A DNA stretch of 24,857 bases from a virus (taxonomy: Duplodnaviria; Caudoviricetes). The DNA lies in the IMG/VR virus record IMGVR_UViG_3300046005_000527, positions 1 through 24,857 of that record. One strand, written 5' to 3'. Below the pieces are notes generated by a model. The model was given only the letters and a program-made list of their open reading frames with translations. It did no database searches and had not been told where the DNA came from. Position numbers and translations under genes: made by a program. This document shows, piece by piece, positions 8,164 to 17,739 of this stretch. Every line of letters starts with the position of its first letter. Positions within the stretch are counted from its first letter, which is position 1.

Positions 8164-9096
8164 TTATTTCTTCAATCTTTTGTCTTTCTTATAATCCTCT
8201 TTCATACAAGCTACGCAAGTGCCTTTTACCTTACGAGGAGATATATGATTTCTATCACAAGGGATACCTGTAAAGTACATTTTTGCACCTAACTCTTTAG
8301 CAACTTGTCTAGTTCTAGGATAATCTAAAAACTCTTCAGGTATCTCAGGTGCTACGTTCTGAGGGCCGTCAGTATAGGACAACACCCAACCTGCTAGTGC
8401 CCCAAATTTAATAGGTTTACCTGATTTACACACCCTTATAATAGTACCTACCGCTACCCCTAATGTATCCCGCATCTCTGTTAAACTGTTAAATGTTTTT
8501 GTAGACCCGTCAGGTAGTATAGCTTGTATAGGTCTTTGTAAGTCATCTGCATTTGTTGGGCGTTTACCATAAAAATGGGAGTCCGCGCCCTTTCTAGCGG
8601 CTACTCTTATCTTTACAATACCCTCAGGTGAAACCTTTCTACCTATAGCTTTTTTAACTCCTCGTTGTGTGTTCCCTATCCTTGTCTTAGTTTCTTCACT
8701 TCTTGGTACCCCATGCAATACAGATTTTATTCCTTTTGGCACTTTTTGTGCTGCTTCTTTTAACTTCACTTTTGTCTCATCAGTATGAGTTTTACCTCTC
8801 ATCGGAGCACTTGCATCGGTAGCCCAATTATAGCAACAGGGTTTACCAGCATATTCATCTAACCAAACTTGTTCCGCGGCTAATAAATCTTCTGGGGCAT
8901 TTAACTGCTCCAACACTTCAAATTTAAAATAGTCTTCCCCATGTTCATTCCAAGCTTTTTGTAGAAGTGGGCTTTGGTGTTTACCTACTCGTAGCCGCCT
9001 TTTATGTGCTTGAAACCTAACTCTAGCATCTATAGTGCTCCCTACATAAAATGAGTTAGTCACCACATTGCGTATTTTATATATTACATTTTTCAT
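8164..9096 (-). CDS. Free-standing GIY-YIG homing endonuclease (NUMOD3-like repeats, C-terminal Cys/His motif), 310 aa
   Basis: VIYKI...FYVGST...RF..H...EQ.WLD...YN catalytic domain. GKTHTDETK and GVPRSEETK NUMOD3-like repeats. FNSLTEMRDTLGV HTH-like segment. YFTGIPCDRNH...CVAC tail. Confidence 0.9.
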   Translation of the reverse strand: MKNVIYKIRNVVTNSFYVGSTIDARVRFQAHKRRLRVGKHQSPLLQKAWNEHGEDYFKFEVLEQLNAPEDLLAAEQVWLDEYAGKPCCYNWATDASAPMRGKTHTDETKVKLKEAAQKVPKGIKSVLHGVPRSEETKTRIGNTQRGVKKAIGRKVSPEGIVKIRVAARKGADSHFYGKRPTNADDLQRPIQAILPDGSTKTFNSLTEMRDTLGVAVGTIIRVCKSGKPIKFGALAGWVLSYTDGPQNVAPEIPEEFLDYPRTRQVAKELGAKMYFTGIPCDRNHISPRKVKGTCVACMKEDYKKDKRLKK

Positions 9097-9127
9097 ATCT
9101 ATCTCCGTTATTAAGCTTACGAGTGAT

Positions 9128-9156
9128 AGTATATAGGGGTTGTGACAAAATCACAA
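9128..9156 (-). promoter_or_regulatory. Putative promoter of the GIY-YIG gene with an inverted repeat over the -35
   Basis: Minus strand TTGTGA-17 nt-TATACT. Inverted repeat TTGTGA-caaaa-TCACAA at 9140-9156. Confidence 0.45.
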
Positions 9157-9175
9157 ATTTTTATTTTTTAAACAT

Positions 9176-9197
9176 AAAAAAGGCTCCCGAAGGAGCC
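9176..9197 (-). terminator. Rho-independent terminator after the major capsid gene
   Basis: Minus strand GGCTCC-TTCG-GGAGCC-TTTTTT: a cUUCGg tetraloop followed by U6. Confidence 0.85.
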
Positions 9198-9229
9198 CTT
9201 AATATAACCTAAGTCATTGATTTACAAGC

Positions 9230-10138
9230 TTAAGCGCCTGAAGAACCAAACACACCAAGATAGTCACTAAAACCGAAACTGTAGCGTTCACGAGCTTTAT
9301 ATCTAGAGTTGCCCGTATCAAAGTCACTGTCCATTGATGTAGCTAATGGAGTTCTAACAAAATGTTTCAGGCCATTTGGCACGTCAGTCAAAAGGAACCA
9401 AGCGTTAGGGTCAGTCAACCAAGGGTTGACAGTATAACCACCGGGGATTGAACCGTTGTTAGCCATTGCATTGATATCATTGTCTGCAGTACCAACACGT
9501 AATTCAGTCTCTAACAAACGAGTTGCTACAAATTGAAGTGATGGAGGTAAGACAAGTTTCTTTGGTTTAGAAGCAATCAACAAACCACGCTCATCTGTCC
9601 ACAAACTGATTTGAATAACAGCAGATTCCAAAGAAGTCTCGTTAAGGTCAGCAGGGGTAGAAGGTACGTTAGAGATTGTTGCACCAAATGTTAAAGGGTG
9701 TGCACTGTTACATAAAGATTTACCATCACCACCAACAGCGGTAGTAAAAGCATTGTTTAGTACAGCGGCACCTTTAACTTCTTTAGTGTACGCCATAGCG
9801 CGGGCCAAAGCCTTTGTATAACGAGCAGATAAAGAGTCATAAAGGTTATCTTCAATAGCTTCTTCAGTAAGAGAAAAACCTAAAGCGATAGTTTCATGGG
9901 TGTAGCGAGTAGACCAAGCTTCTTGAGCATTGTCATAGGCGATAGCAGAGCCTTCATTTTTAACGCCAGCAGCGCCAAAACCCGACAATTTTTGTTCTTC
10001 TTCAAATGAACGATCAGAACTCTCAGTTTCATAAATATCTTTGTACTTCTCGCCATATCGCTCATATTCCAAACCGAATAAAGCGTTAAGACCGGGAAGC
10101 AGTTCTTTTAGTAGTTGTGCGCGTGAAATAGCAGCCAT
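9230..10138 (-). CDS. Major capsid protein (Mu gpT-like/HK97 fold), 302 aa
   Basis: AISRAQLLKELLPGLNALFG, EEAIEDNLY, GDGKSL...HP, PKKLVLP, WLTDPNAWFL and YKARERYSFG motifs. Follows scaffold and cement genes and is followed by a terminator. Confidence 0.9.
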   Translation of the reverse strand: MAAISRAQLLKELLPGLNALFGLEYERYGEKYKDIYETESSDRSFEEEQKLSGFGAAGVKNEGSAIAYDNAQEAWSTRYTHETIALGFSLTEEAIEDNLYDSLSARYTKALARAMAYTKEVKGAAVLNNAFTTAVGGDGKSLCNSAHPLTFGATISNVPSTPADLNETSLESAVIQISLWTDERGLLIASKPKKLVLPPSLQFVATRLLETELRVGTADNDINAMANNGSIPGGYTVNPWLTDPNAWFLLTDVPNGLKHFVRTPLATSMDSDFDTGNSRYKARERYSFGFSDYLGVFGSSGA

Positions 10139-10149
10139 TTAATATCTCC

Positions 10150-10785
10150 TTAAAGTCCCAAAGCGGTGCGGTAAGCGTGTAATCCAGCTGTATAAATAAC
10201 TAGGACTTGTTGAAAAGTACCGTCAGATAAGGCACTTTCAGGAACTACGTCAATGATACGGAATGGTAGTGTAGCTGTTACGGCAATAGAAGCGTAGTTT
10301 AAAGACACTGTACTATTACCTGTAGCTGTATTTACTAAAGCAGTATTTTGATAGTAGCCTATGTTAATACCAACATCAGCTCTAGTAGCAGCACTTGCAG
10401 TGTAAACCACACCTGAAGCATTAGTTAAAGTAGCAACCATAATAATATCTGGATCATCAGATACAACAGCAAAAGCATCAGCAGAAACAGTACCTGCAGG
10501 CCATTGTTGGTTGTTAAGCTTATACTTAAGGGCTGGGTCAGTGTAGGTACAGCCCAAAAAGATACCCATTGGTTTTAAAGCAAAAGCAGCATAAGCAGTT
10601 GAAACTGTAGTATCAACACGAGTTATATTACCACTAGCATTAACAGTTACTAAATCACCATAACCAATACCTGAAGCGTAACCAGATGCAATCGGGATAA
10701 GCCGAGTTGCTCCTGCATAAGGACGACCACCCAACAAACCTTCTGGGATTAAGCCGTTAGGAGCGGGTACATAAACATTAGCCAT
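10150..10785 (-). CDS. Capsid cement/decoration-like protein, 211 aa
   Basis: P.GL.P...G, I..GD.V, GIFLGC.Y and V.DDP motifs. Immediately upstream of the major capsid gene. Confidence 0.65.
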   Translation of the reverse strand: MANVYVPAPNGLIPEGLLGGRPYAGATRLIPIASGYASGIGYGDLVTVNASGNITRVDTTVSTAYAAFALKPMGIFLGCTYTDPALKYKLNNQQWPAGTVSADAFAVVSDDPDIIMVATLTNASGVVYTASAATRADVGINIGYYQNTALVNTATGNSTVSLNYASIAVTATLPFRIIDVVPESALSDGTFQQVLVIYTAGLHAYRTALGL

Positions 10786-10819
10786 ATAAATTCCTAATTA
10801 ATTAAGTGGTTCTTGACAA

Positions 10820-11281
10820 TCAAGAGCCACGACCAAATGAAACCTTAGAGGATTTCTCTGAAAACAGAGGCATTCTAGGGTCATTTTCACGGAGAAAGTT
10901 GTTATCAACAGACTCCACCGAAGCGTTAGACATATTAGCGTAATAGACTTCACGAGCTTTTGCGTTTTCAACCGTAGACTTACACAAAACTAGCCCGCCA
11001 ATCTCTATTAATCCTTGGGGTTTTAACCCAAAAGCAGCAAAATCAGACAACATCTCAGGATGATCCTCAGCTTGACATGGAACCCAACCTTCACGTTTAG
11101 CCTTAGCCATATTTGCAGGGTCAGCTGCTCCCATCATTGATACTCTCTTCCAGTGAAACACGTAGCCGTCTTGTGGGTCAGGTGAAGGCAAGTCATGTGC
11201 TGGCTTCCAAGATACCGGACGTACTTCTTTTTCGCGTGTTTCTGTAGAACGTAATGCTCTGTCATTCTGAATATTAGCCAT
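10820..11281 (-). CDS. Conserved head-module protein, 153 aa
   Basis: W.P...LP.P.P.DGY...W.R, REGW.P and IGGLVLCK motifs. Located between the scaffold and capsid genes. Confidence 0.7.
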   Translation of the reverse strand: MANIQNDRALRSTETREKEVRPVSWKPAHDLPSPDPQDGYVFHWKRVSMMGAADPANMAKAKREGWVPCQAEDHPEMLSDFAAFGLKPQGLIEIGGLVLCKSTVENAKAREVYYANMSNASVESVDNNFLRENDPRMPLFSEKSSKVSFGRGS

Positions 11282-12170
11282 TTACTTTTTGCTCCTTTGC
11301 TTTGTACTTGGCATAGACCTCTAAAGGCACACCAAGACGTTTTGCTATTGCGACTTCTGAATTGTTTAATGTGACTTTTCTTGCTGCAGTAGTTCTACCT
11401 ACCGATGCCACAGGCGACGATTTCTTTCTGTCGAAGTTTTTTGGGAATATTTCCCGTATGCGGGAGTCTACTCGCTGATAATATTCATCAGAGGTAGGGT
11501 CTACACCGGATTTAACCAATTTTTCGTGCAGGCCGTAAGCGAAGGCGGTCATCTCTTCATCTTTACCAAACCAAGGGTTTTTTCCAGCCCAATCCTCGGC
11601 TTTATAATCTCTTGGTGGCGCTTCTGGCGCTGATTGTTGAGGAATATATACATCATTTCTTTCTTGCTGTAAAGCTTTATTTACAGTCGGAGGTACTAAT
11701 GTTGATAATTGACGTTTTTGGTTAGCAACTTCACTTAACTCTTCCTGAGCTTCCAATACACCGTCTGTATCCCCTGTTTCAAAAGCTACCCGATACTTAT
11801 CTTGAGCGATTCTATGTGCATACTCAAGTCTACCTGATGCTTCTTTAGTATACTCTTGGTGCCCCCAGTTAAGGGTATTTTTAAGCTGCTCGTTTTCTGC
11901 AAGTATAGTTTGGGCTATACGTATAGCTTCTGCATTCTGACGTTCTAGGGCTTCTTTAGCACGTCGCTCATCGTGATACTTGTGTTGTACCTGATTAATG
12001 CGTTTTTGTACGCTCTTTGAATAAGACTCTAATTCTGCATCGTCGTCATCAGAATAAACTAACTTCTCTCTGCCTTGGTCTTCTTCAGGCGTATCATCGA
12101 CAATATCAATCTCATACTCACTATCATCATCGTCAAATGCTACTATATCGTCATCATATTCTTCACTCAT
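11274..12170 (-). CDS. Capsid scaffolding protein, 298 aa
   Basis: Acidic N-terminus, long coiled coil, W...NPWFG.D and C-terminal AIAKRLGVPLEVYAK. Lies between portal and capsid genes. Confidence 0.7.
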   Translation of the reverse strand: MSEEYDDDIVAFDDDDSEYEIDIVDDTPEEDQGREKLVYSDDDDAELESYSKSVQKRINQVQHKYHDERRAKEALERQNAEAIRIAQTILAENEQLKNTLNWGHQEYTKEASGRLEYAHRIAQDKYRVAFETGDTDGVLEAQEELSEVANQKRQLSTLVPPTVNKALQQERNDVYIPQQSAPEAPPRDYKAEDWAGKNPWFGKDEEMTAFAYGLHEKLVKSGVDPTSDEYYQRVDSRIREIFPKNFDRKKSSPVASVGRTTAARKVTLNNSEVAIAKRLGVPLEVYAKYKAKEQKVNG

Positions 12171-12179
12171 ACATTACTC

Positions 12180-12578
12180 CTAGTATGCTCTACCAATGCC
12201 GCGAGGATCAGACACAGTACCTTCAATCATGTCGTCATTAACCAAGATAAACTCTTCTCCATCTACAGAAAACCGAGAACCCCTATAAGCACCAATTAAT
12301 ACAAAGTCTCCTTCTTTACACCAAGAACCTGTAGGGAATTTAGCTTTGTCTTTATAGGCCATATCACCTACCTTAAGTACCATGCATACAACTGCCCCTG
12401 CCTCTTCTTTCTTTTTAAAAGAATCTGGCATTTCAATACCACTAGCTGTTTTATCAACGACTTTAGGTTTAATCAGTAATAATTTATAACCTACGGGATC
12501 AGGTAGCCTTTCAGCTAAGCTTTCACCTTTTTCAATGGTAGCATTTGTATCAATATTTCCTACTTTTTCCGAACTCAT
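12180..12578 (-). CDS. groES: Phage-encoded co-chaperonin GroES (Cpn10)-like protein, 132 aa
   Basis: PVGYKLLL, KTASGIEMP (mobile loop), VLKVGD, KEGDFVL and G....VDGEEFILVNDDMI match the Cpn10 pattern. Confidence 0.85.
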   Translation of the reverse strand: MSSEKVGNIDTNATIEKGESLAERLPDPVGYKLLLIKPKVVDKTASGIEMPDSFKKKEEAGAVVCMVLKVGDMAYKDKAKFPTGSWCKEGDFVLIGAYRGSRFSVDGEEFILVNDDMIEGTVSDPRGIGRAY

Positions 12579-12763
12579 TAGTTTTCTTCCTCAGTTTTCT
12601 GCAGGTCTTTTAAACGATTTAATGATAAGGACAGACCCGAAATAGTCCCTACCAATAGCTTATAAGAAGGAAAGTCTTCCACACGACCTGCTATTAATGC
12701 AGTTGAATGGGCAACAATCTCTTCCTCTAATTCTTTACGCAATACATCTAGTATCGTTGTCAT
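12578..12763 (-). CDS. Small helical protein after the portal gene, 61 aa
   Basis: Coupled to groES. Contains G...DF.SYK.LVG.I.GL. Confidence 0.65.
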   Translation of the reverse strand: MTTILDVLRKELEEEIVAHSTALIAGRVEDFPSYKLLVGTISGLSLSLNRLKDLQKTEEEN

Positions 12764-12766
12764 CTT

Positions 12767-15235
12767 TTACCCTTGTGGTGGCATCGGTGGTGGAGCTTGT
12801 TGTGGTTGGGGGGCTGGTGGAGCTGATGGTGCTCCTTGTGGCCCTGCTGGTGGAGCCATTTGATTTTGAGAAGTTATATGTTGTGTAACTATATCCATGC
12901 CTTTAAAAAGCCCTTGAACTTTAGAGTCTTCGCCTTGAAGCATTAATTTAGCCTCGTTATTTAGCATGGCTATCTCTTTACTCGCATCAATCTTTTTAAG
13001 CTCAATCTCCTTCTTGTTATTTATCTCTTGCTCTTTTAGTTGTAGTTCTTTTTGCTGCATTTGTACTACAGGGTCTTGAGCTTGCTGTTGGGCTTGTTGT
13101 TTAGCCTGTTCAGTTTGATTTACTTGTAGTAGTTGTTTAGCTGCATCTGCAGACAATTTAGCAAGTTGTGCTTCTAACTCAGGCCCTAATTTCTCACCTT
13201 CAGGCGGCAATACTGTACCTAACTGAGTCTCTATACCACGACGATATTGAAAACCTACATGCTCCATAATGTGTGACATTAAAGCCTGTTTAATAACAGC
13301 TGCCTGCGGATTTTGGCCCATAACAGCCGCTATCTTAGGGTCGTTTATCATACTTTGGTGTACTGCTAAATGAGCATCATGGTCTTGGTCAATAAAAGCT
13401 TTTACAGGCTTCATTTTGAGCACTTCCATATTTTCAGTAACAGGGTCAGTAGGCTCTTGGTCTTCTTCAACTAACACTATTTTATCTGCATCTTTAATAC
13501 CCATTACTTCAAGCATTTGACGGTGTAATACAGGTAAGTTATATATCTGAGGCGATTGTTGAGCTAATTGAATAGCTGCTTGGTACTGAATAATGCGTTG
13601 CGCCATAGTACTGGCGTTAGGGTCAGATACCGGAATAATATCAACTTTGTCGTAGTCATCTTTTTTAGCAGTTGGAGCTACGTTATACTCAGGGTTGTAG
13701 TCATAAGTAGGGGCTGTATAGTCTCTTACCAAGGCAGCTATTAATTTAAACTCTTGCTCCATTGAGTAGTGAACACGTGCTTGTACTGCTGACATTACCT
13801 TTAGAGTCCGTTCTAAAATTGCCAGTGTAGTACCTACAGGTGCTTCCCCGTTCATACCTTCTAGCTTAACATCAGTAACCGCTGCAAGTCTTCTACCTTC
13901 CTCAACCACGTTTTGCAGTAGAGAAAATAGTGTTTGACTAGGCTCTTTATAAGGAAGTGGTAAGATATTATCTTTAATATTACTTGAAGGGACATCTACA
14001 TCTCGCCACTCGCCCGGCATAATGGGGGTATCGTCACCTTTAATCCTAAGCCCTCTGGATTTTAAACCACCGGGAAGATTTGACAGTGTACCTGCATCTA
14101 TTAACTGACGAACGATTGAAGTCGCTGATTTAGCGAACCCACCTATAAGATGAATAAGACCATAACCATAAGCACCAAATCCGGGGATGTAAGTATATTG
14201 TACAAAATGTTGTTTAGCTTGTTTAAGAGGGTCGTGTTCATCATAGTTACGTCTAATAGATAATATTTCTTGTGAGCCTTGTTCTACAGTAACTACATAA
14301 GGAAGTGCTATACCTGTCTGTTCACCTGTCTCATCATCAATATCTTCAAACCCTACCAAGTCTATCTCAACTTGCATTTCCAAAAGCTTGTAGCGGTTAT
14401 CATAAGTTGCTTTATAACCGTCAGTCTCGTCTTTGCGTTTCTGGATGTCATCAGTATCTTTAGTGGGGTCGCCTAAGTCTACATCACGATAAAACTCAGC
14501 ATATTGTAGTTTCTTAACGTCGTTTTTAGTCTTCCGCATGACATGCGTCAAGCGTTCTGCTGTACGTGCATCAGATGCACCATAAGGAATATATAAGTCC
14601 TCTGCAGGTACGAACATGCTCACTTGTCTGTTTATAGCAGGGTCAAAATAGACCTTTTTAAATGCAGCCCCCGCTAGGGCTAGTGACCATAACATCTTCT
14701 CATGCTCAGGTCTGAACTCAGTCATCTTTTCAGTCAACTGGTAATTCATGTCTTCCACCACACGCGCTGCCGCATGTTGAGTCTCTACGTCGTCTTTACC
14801 AATAATGCGAGACTTAACAGGCCCTTGTGCTGGGAATGTTTCTGATATCATCTCACTTTGAAACCGTATTGCCGCTTCTGTTAGCATGGGGTGGTAGACA
14901 CCACAAGCACCTTGCCAAGGCTCAGACCGCTCTTCTATTTTTAAGCCTAGTAAGTCAAGACCATCTATATAAGTAGACTCCCAGTCTTTTCTAGCCATTT
15001 TGTCGTTATTAAAGTCATCTAACAAGTCAGACACAAGAGAAGCCATATCAGACTCATCCATATATTCTGCAAGGTTTGCATCAAATCCGGGCTCTTGTTC
15101 AGCTTCTACATCTACTTCAACATCTACAGGGTCTAACGGGTCGCCAATATCAACGGTAATAGGCTCATTCTCATCTTCCATTAAAAACGGGCTTTGCGGG
15201 AGCATTGCTTTAACGATATTATCTGGTACAGACAT
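12767..15235 (-). CDS. Portal protein (P22-like, long C-terminal coiled coil and Pro/Gln tail), 822 aa
   Basis: Directly follows terL. Motifs FDANLAE, EPWQGACGV.HP, G.AFKKVY.D, GFGAYG.GL, QLIDAGTLSNLP.G and IIPVSDPN. Confidence 0.9.
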   Translation of the reverse strand: MSVPDNIVKAMLPQSPFLMEDENEPITVDIGDPLDPVDVEVDVEAEQEPGFDANLAEYMDESDMASLVSDLLDDFNNDKMARKDWESTYIDGLDLLGLKIEERSEPWQGACGVYHPMLTEAAIRFQSEMISETFPAQGPVKSRIIGKDDVETQHAAARVVEDMNYQLTEKMTEFRPEHEKMLWSLALAGAAFKKVYFDPAINRQVSMFVPAEDLYIPYGASDARTAERLTHVMRKTKNDVKKLQYAEFYRDVDLGDPTKDTDDIQKRKDETDGYKATYDNRYKLLEMQVEIDLVGFEDIDDETGEQTGIALPYVVTVEQGSQEILSIRRNYDEHDPLKQAKQHFVQYTYIPGFGAYGYGLIHLIGGFAKSATSIVRQLIDAGTLSNLPGGLKSRGLRIKGDDTPIMPGEWRDVDVPSSNIKDNILPLPYKEPSQTLFSLLQNVVEEGRRLAAVTDVKLEGMNGEAPVGTTLAILERTLKVMSAVQARVHYSMEQEFKLIAALVRDYTAPTYDYNPEYNVAPTAKKDDYDKVDIIPVSDPNASTMAQRIIQYQAAIQLAQQSPQIYNLPVLHRQMLEVMGIKDADKIVLVEEDQEPTDPVTENMEVLKMKPVKAFIDQDHDAHLAVHQSMINDPKIAAVMGQNPQAAVIKQALMSHIMEHVGFQYRRGIETQLGTVLPPEGEKLGPELEAQLAKLSADAAKQLLQVNQTEQAKQQAQQQAQDPVVQMQQKELQLKEQEINNKKEIELKKIDASKEIAMLNNEAKLMLQGEDSKVQGLFKGMDIVTQHITSQNQMAPPAGPQGAPSAPPAPQPQQAPPPMPPQG

Positions 15236-15257
15236 GTGTTACCTTCTAGTGTATTTA

Positions 15258-16745
15258 TTAATAGTAAGTCGATTTTCTGGACTTATAAGCCCAACTATCT
15301 TCGTTTATATTATCATCCTTAGCAGAACCAATAAAACTCCCTGACCGAAAGCGGGCAAGTGCGAGTGTGGTAGCATCAACAAAATCATCGTTCCTACCTG
15401 CTGGGAATGAGGCAATCTCATCTATAACTTCTTCTGCCCAACGTGTTTGTGGAGCCCATACTTTACCTGATGCAAATATATCAGACACCGCATTTAACCG
15501 ACTAATCTTATCTTGTCCACGTGAGGGTGTAAACTCTTGAACAGGTATCCCCATTCTTCTTAGCTCATATATTAGAGGTGCACCTGATGCTTTTTTCTCA
15601 ATAATAACACCGTCAGGCTGCCACTCTTTGTAAAACTCTAAGGTCTTTGCCTTAAGCTCAGGGAACTCTAAGCGTTCACGCCATGCTTCTAATAGTATTA
15701 AATTGGGCTGGTCTCCGTCTTCAGGGTTGTTCCAAACGCCAAAAATAACAATAGCACTGTAATCTGCACTGGTCTTCTTCTCAAACGCTGTATCCATTGA
15801 CATCAGCAGAAACTCACAGTCAGGCGGGTTCTTTTTTGTCCAAGGCTTCCACCATTCTCGTTTGACAATAGCCGTTGATTCTGAAGTGGGTTGTTGTTGG
15901 TACTGTGCTTGCCATTTACCCGACGGAATTTCAGCTTTAACAGCCGCTAGTTCTTCAAGAGGCCAAAACTCAGGCCATAACGGTTTACCACTGGGTAGTA
16001 TGGCAGGGAACTCAATAACCTCCCACTTATCCCCACCCATAGCCGCTGACTCTAGTATCTGCCCCGTTAAGTCGCGTAATGACCATCTGGTCATAATAAT
16101 AACGATAGCCCCACCCGGTTGTAACCGCTGCCTTGGGCCTGATGAATACCAACTAAAGACTTTATCGTATACTTCAGGGTTGTACTGTGCAATAACAGCA
16201 TCCCCCTCACTGTGAGGATCATCAATAATAAGTAAGTCTGCACCTTTACCCGTTACCGCACCATTAATACCAATAGCGAAATAATCACCCCCCGCATTTG
16301 TATTCCAACGCCCAGCCGCTTTTGAGTCAGTTTGTAGGCCTACACCCGGAAATATGGACTGATACTCTTCAGAACCCACCAAGTTTCGCACTTTACGACC
16401 AAAGCCTACGGCAAGCTCTGCAGTATGTGAGCATTGGATAACCTTCTTATCAGGAAAGCGCCCTAAGAACCACGCAGGTAATAGATAAGAACCAAACTCA
16501 GATTTAGTATGCCGAGGCCCTAGATTAATAATAAGTCGTTTGCACTCACCGTTAGCTACTCGTTCAAATTCTTTTGCTATACGTGCATGGTGTCTACCAT
16601 ATATAAAACTAGGCCACACTGCATTTACGAACGGTAGGAATTTCTTCTGGGCTTCTTCACGAGTCTTTCTTTTTTTAAGTTCGGCAACAAGTGTTGCAAG
16701 TCGTGTCTTATCCGATTCAGAAAGGGTAGCTAGTTTATCTTTCAC
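15258..16745 (-). CDS. terL: Terminase large subunit, 495 aa
   Basis: Walker A-like GPRHTKS, Walker B LLIIDDP, motif III IMTRW, YQQQP, and RNase H-like nuclease motifs SMDTA, DYSA, IEKKASG and NDDFVDA. Confidence 0.95.
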   Translation of the reverse strand: MKDKLATLSESDKTRLATLVAELKKRKTREEAQKKFLPFVNAVWPSFIYGRHHARIAKEFERVANGECKRLIINLGPRHTKSEFGSYLLPAWFLGRFPDKKVIQCSHTAELAVGFGRKVRNLVGSEEYQSIFPGVGLQTDSKAAGRWNTNAGGDYFAIGINGAVTGKGADLLIIDDPHSEGDAVIAQYNPEVYDKVFSWYSSGPRQRLQPGGAIVIIMTRWSLRDLTGQILESAAMGGDKWEVIEFPAILPSGKPLWPEFWPLEELAAVKAEIPSGKWQAQYQQQPTSESTAIVKREWWKPWTKKNPPDCEFLLMSMDTAFEKKTSADYSAIVIFGVWNNPEDGDQPNLILLEAWRERLEFPELKAKTLEFYKEWQPDGVIIEKKASGAPLIYELRRMGIPVQEFTPSRGQDKISRLNAVSDIFASGKVWAPQTRWAEEVIDEIASFPAGRNDDFVDATTLALARFRSGSFIGSAKDDNINEDSWAYKSRKSTYY

Positions 16746-17305
16746 ACACTCCCCCTTAATTCTTCATCTGTAATCTCAGCTTGTTCAATACGTTCACTTT
16801 CTATAGCACGTAGCTCACCTAAAGAATATGTTGCCAGTAATGTTGACAGTTCAGACTCTAGTTCTTTAGTGGGTTTATCGTTGGTAGATATTTCAATCTT
16901 GGTACTAAATAACCCAATCTCTGTCACCTTACCTAGCATCTCAAGGGCTTTAATAGACAACTTAGGGTCTTCATTTTCTGCCAGCTCAAATAACTTAAAG
17001 ATTAAATACTGACGCATCTTATTAGTTGAGTTACTGAGGTTATAGTCAAACTTCTTTAAAAGCTTTTCGAGTGCTTTAGCGGCACCGGATGTAGTAGGTA
17101 CAAGGGGGGCATCGGGTTGTTCAAGAAAAATACTTAACGCCTCATTCCTCTCTCTATAAGTAAACTCAGGAAGTGTTGAGGGGTCTGCACCATTACTAAT
17201 TAAAAAGTCTCTATCTTTAAACACTTTTTTAGCATGTGCACGTGTAGCTTCACTGTCCCTAATGACAGGCCGTAATAGCACTTCAATTTCAAATTCAGAG
17301 GTCAT
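16742..17305 (-). CDS. Probable terminase small subunit, 187 aa
   Basis: Overlaps the terL start (ATGA). Helical, with IKALEMLGK...IGLF motif. Confidence 0.6.
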   Translation of the reverse strand: MTSEFEIEVLLRPVIRDSEATRAHAKKVFKDRDFLISNGADPSTLPEFTYRERNEALSIFLEQPDAPLVPTTSGAAKALEKLLKKFDYNLSNSTNKMRQYLIFKLFELAENEDPKLSIKALEMLGKVTEIGLFSTKIEISTNDKPTKELESELSTLLATYSLGELRAIESERIEQAEITDEELRGSV

Positions 17306-17624
17306 GTGTTTCCGTTAAGCGCAGAACTTACGTTCAGATGTTTTATAGCCTAGCACAAAACTTAAATTTTTGTAGAAAATTTTTTACCTAAAGGCACTTA
17401 TTTTTGGGGTGGGGGGTATTTTCCCTAGTACTTGTGTGGTTATTACTGGTTGTATTAGTGCAATTTTGAAAATAATAGTAATTGTTTGTACGTAACATAG
17501 TACTACACACATGTGGGACTCCAAACTCAAAAAGGGGGTCACCCCACCCGTACCCTCGCGCCCGCGCTAATATATACACGCGTACACGCGCTTCGTTATA
17601 CACACCGATTTCAATCGACAATGC

Positions 17625-17653
17625 TTGACAACCTATGACAACATGTGTAGAAT
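17625..17653 (+). promoter_or_regulatory. sigma70 early promoter P1
   Basis: TTGACA (17625-17630)-17 nt-TAGAAT (17648-17653), upstream of the first plus-strand gene. Confidence 0.8.
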
Positions 17654-17692
17654 AGTTCACAGTTGATTGACAACCAACCAAACCACTTACAA

Positions 17693-17710
17693 GGTTATAC
17701 ACGTATAACC
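17693..17710. repeat. Palindrome A, copy 1 (GGTTATACACGTATAACC)
   Basis: 8-bp arms with a 2-nt centre. Seventeen bases are repeated exactly at 18778-18794. Confidence 0.85.
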
Positions 17711-17739
17711 AACTTAATTACTTAATAGGACAATTTAAC

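Noticed and set aside
8164-9096. GIY-YIG gene as part of a group I intron
   Set aside because: The flanking genes are intact, the capsid gene has its own stop and terminator, and there is too little flanking sequence for an intron core.
9141-9155. CRP-like site TGTGA...TCACA
   Set aside because: The spacer is 5 nt rather than the 6 nt required for CRP. Kept only as an unassigned inverted repeat.
1681-16773. Short plus-strand ORFs within the structural arm (e.g. 3375..3611, 4007..4342, 15000..15344, 15862..16215)
   Set aside because: They are antisense to well-supported, tightly coupled minus-strand genes and have no independent evidence.
17388-17702. 104-aa minus-strand ORF in the divergence region
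   Set aside because: It overlaps promoter P1, palindrome A and homopolymer tracts, and has no recognisable RBS or protein motif.
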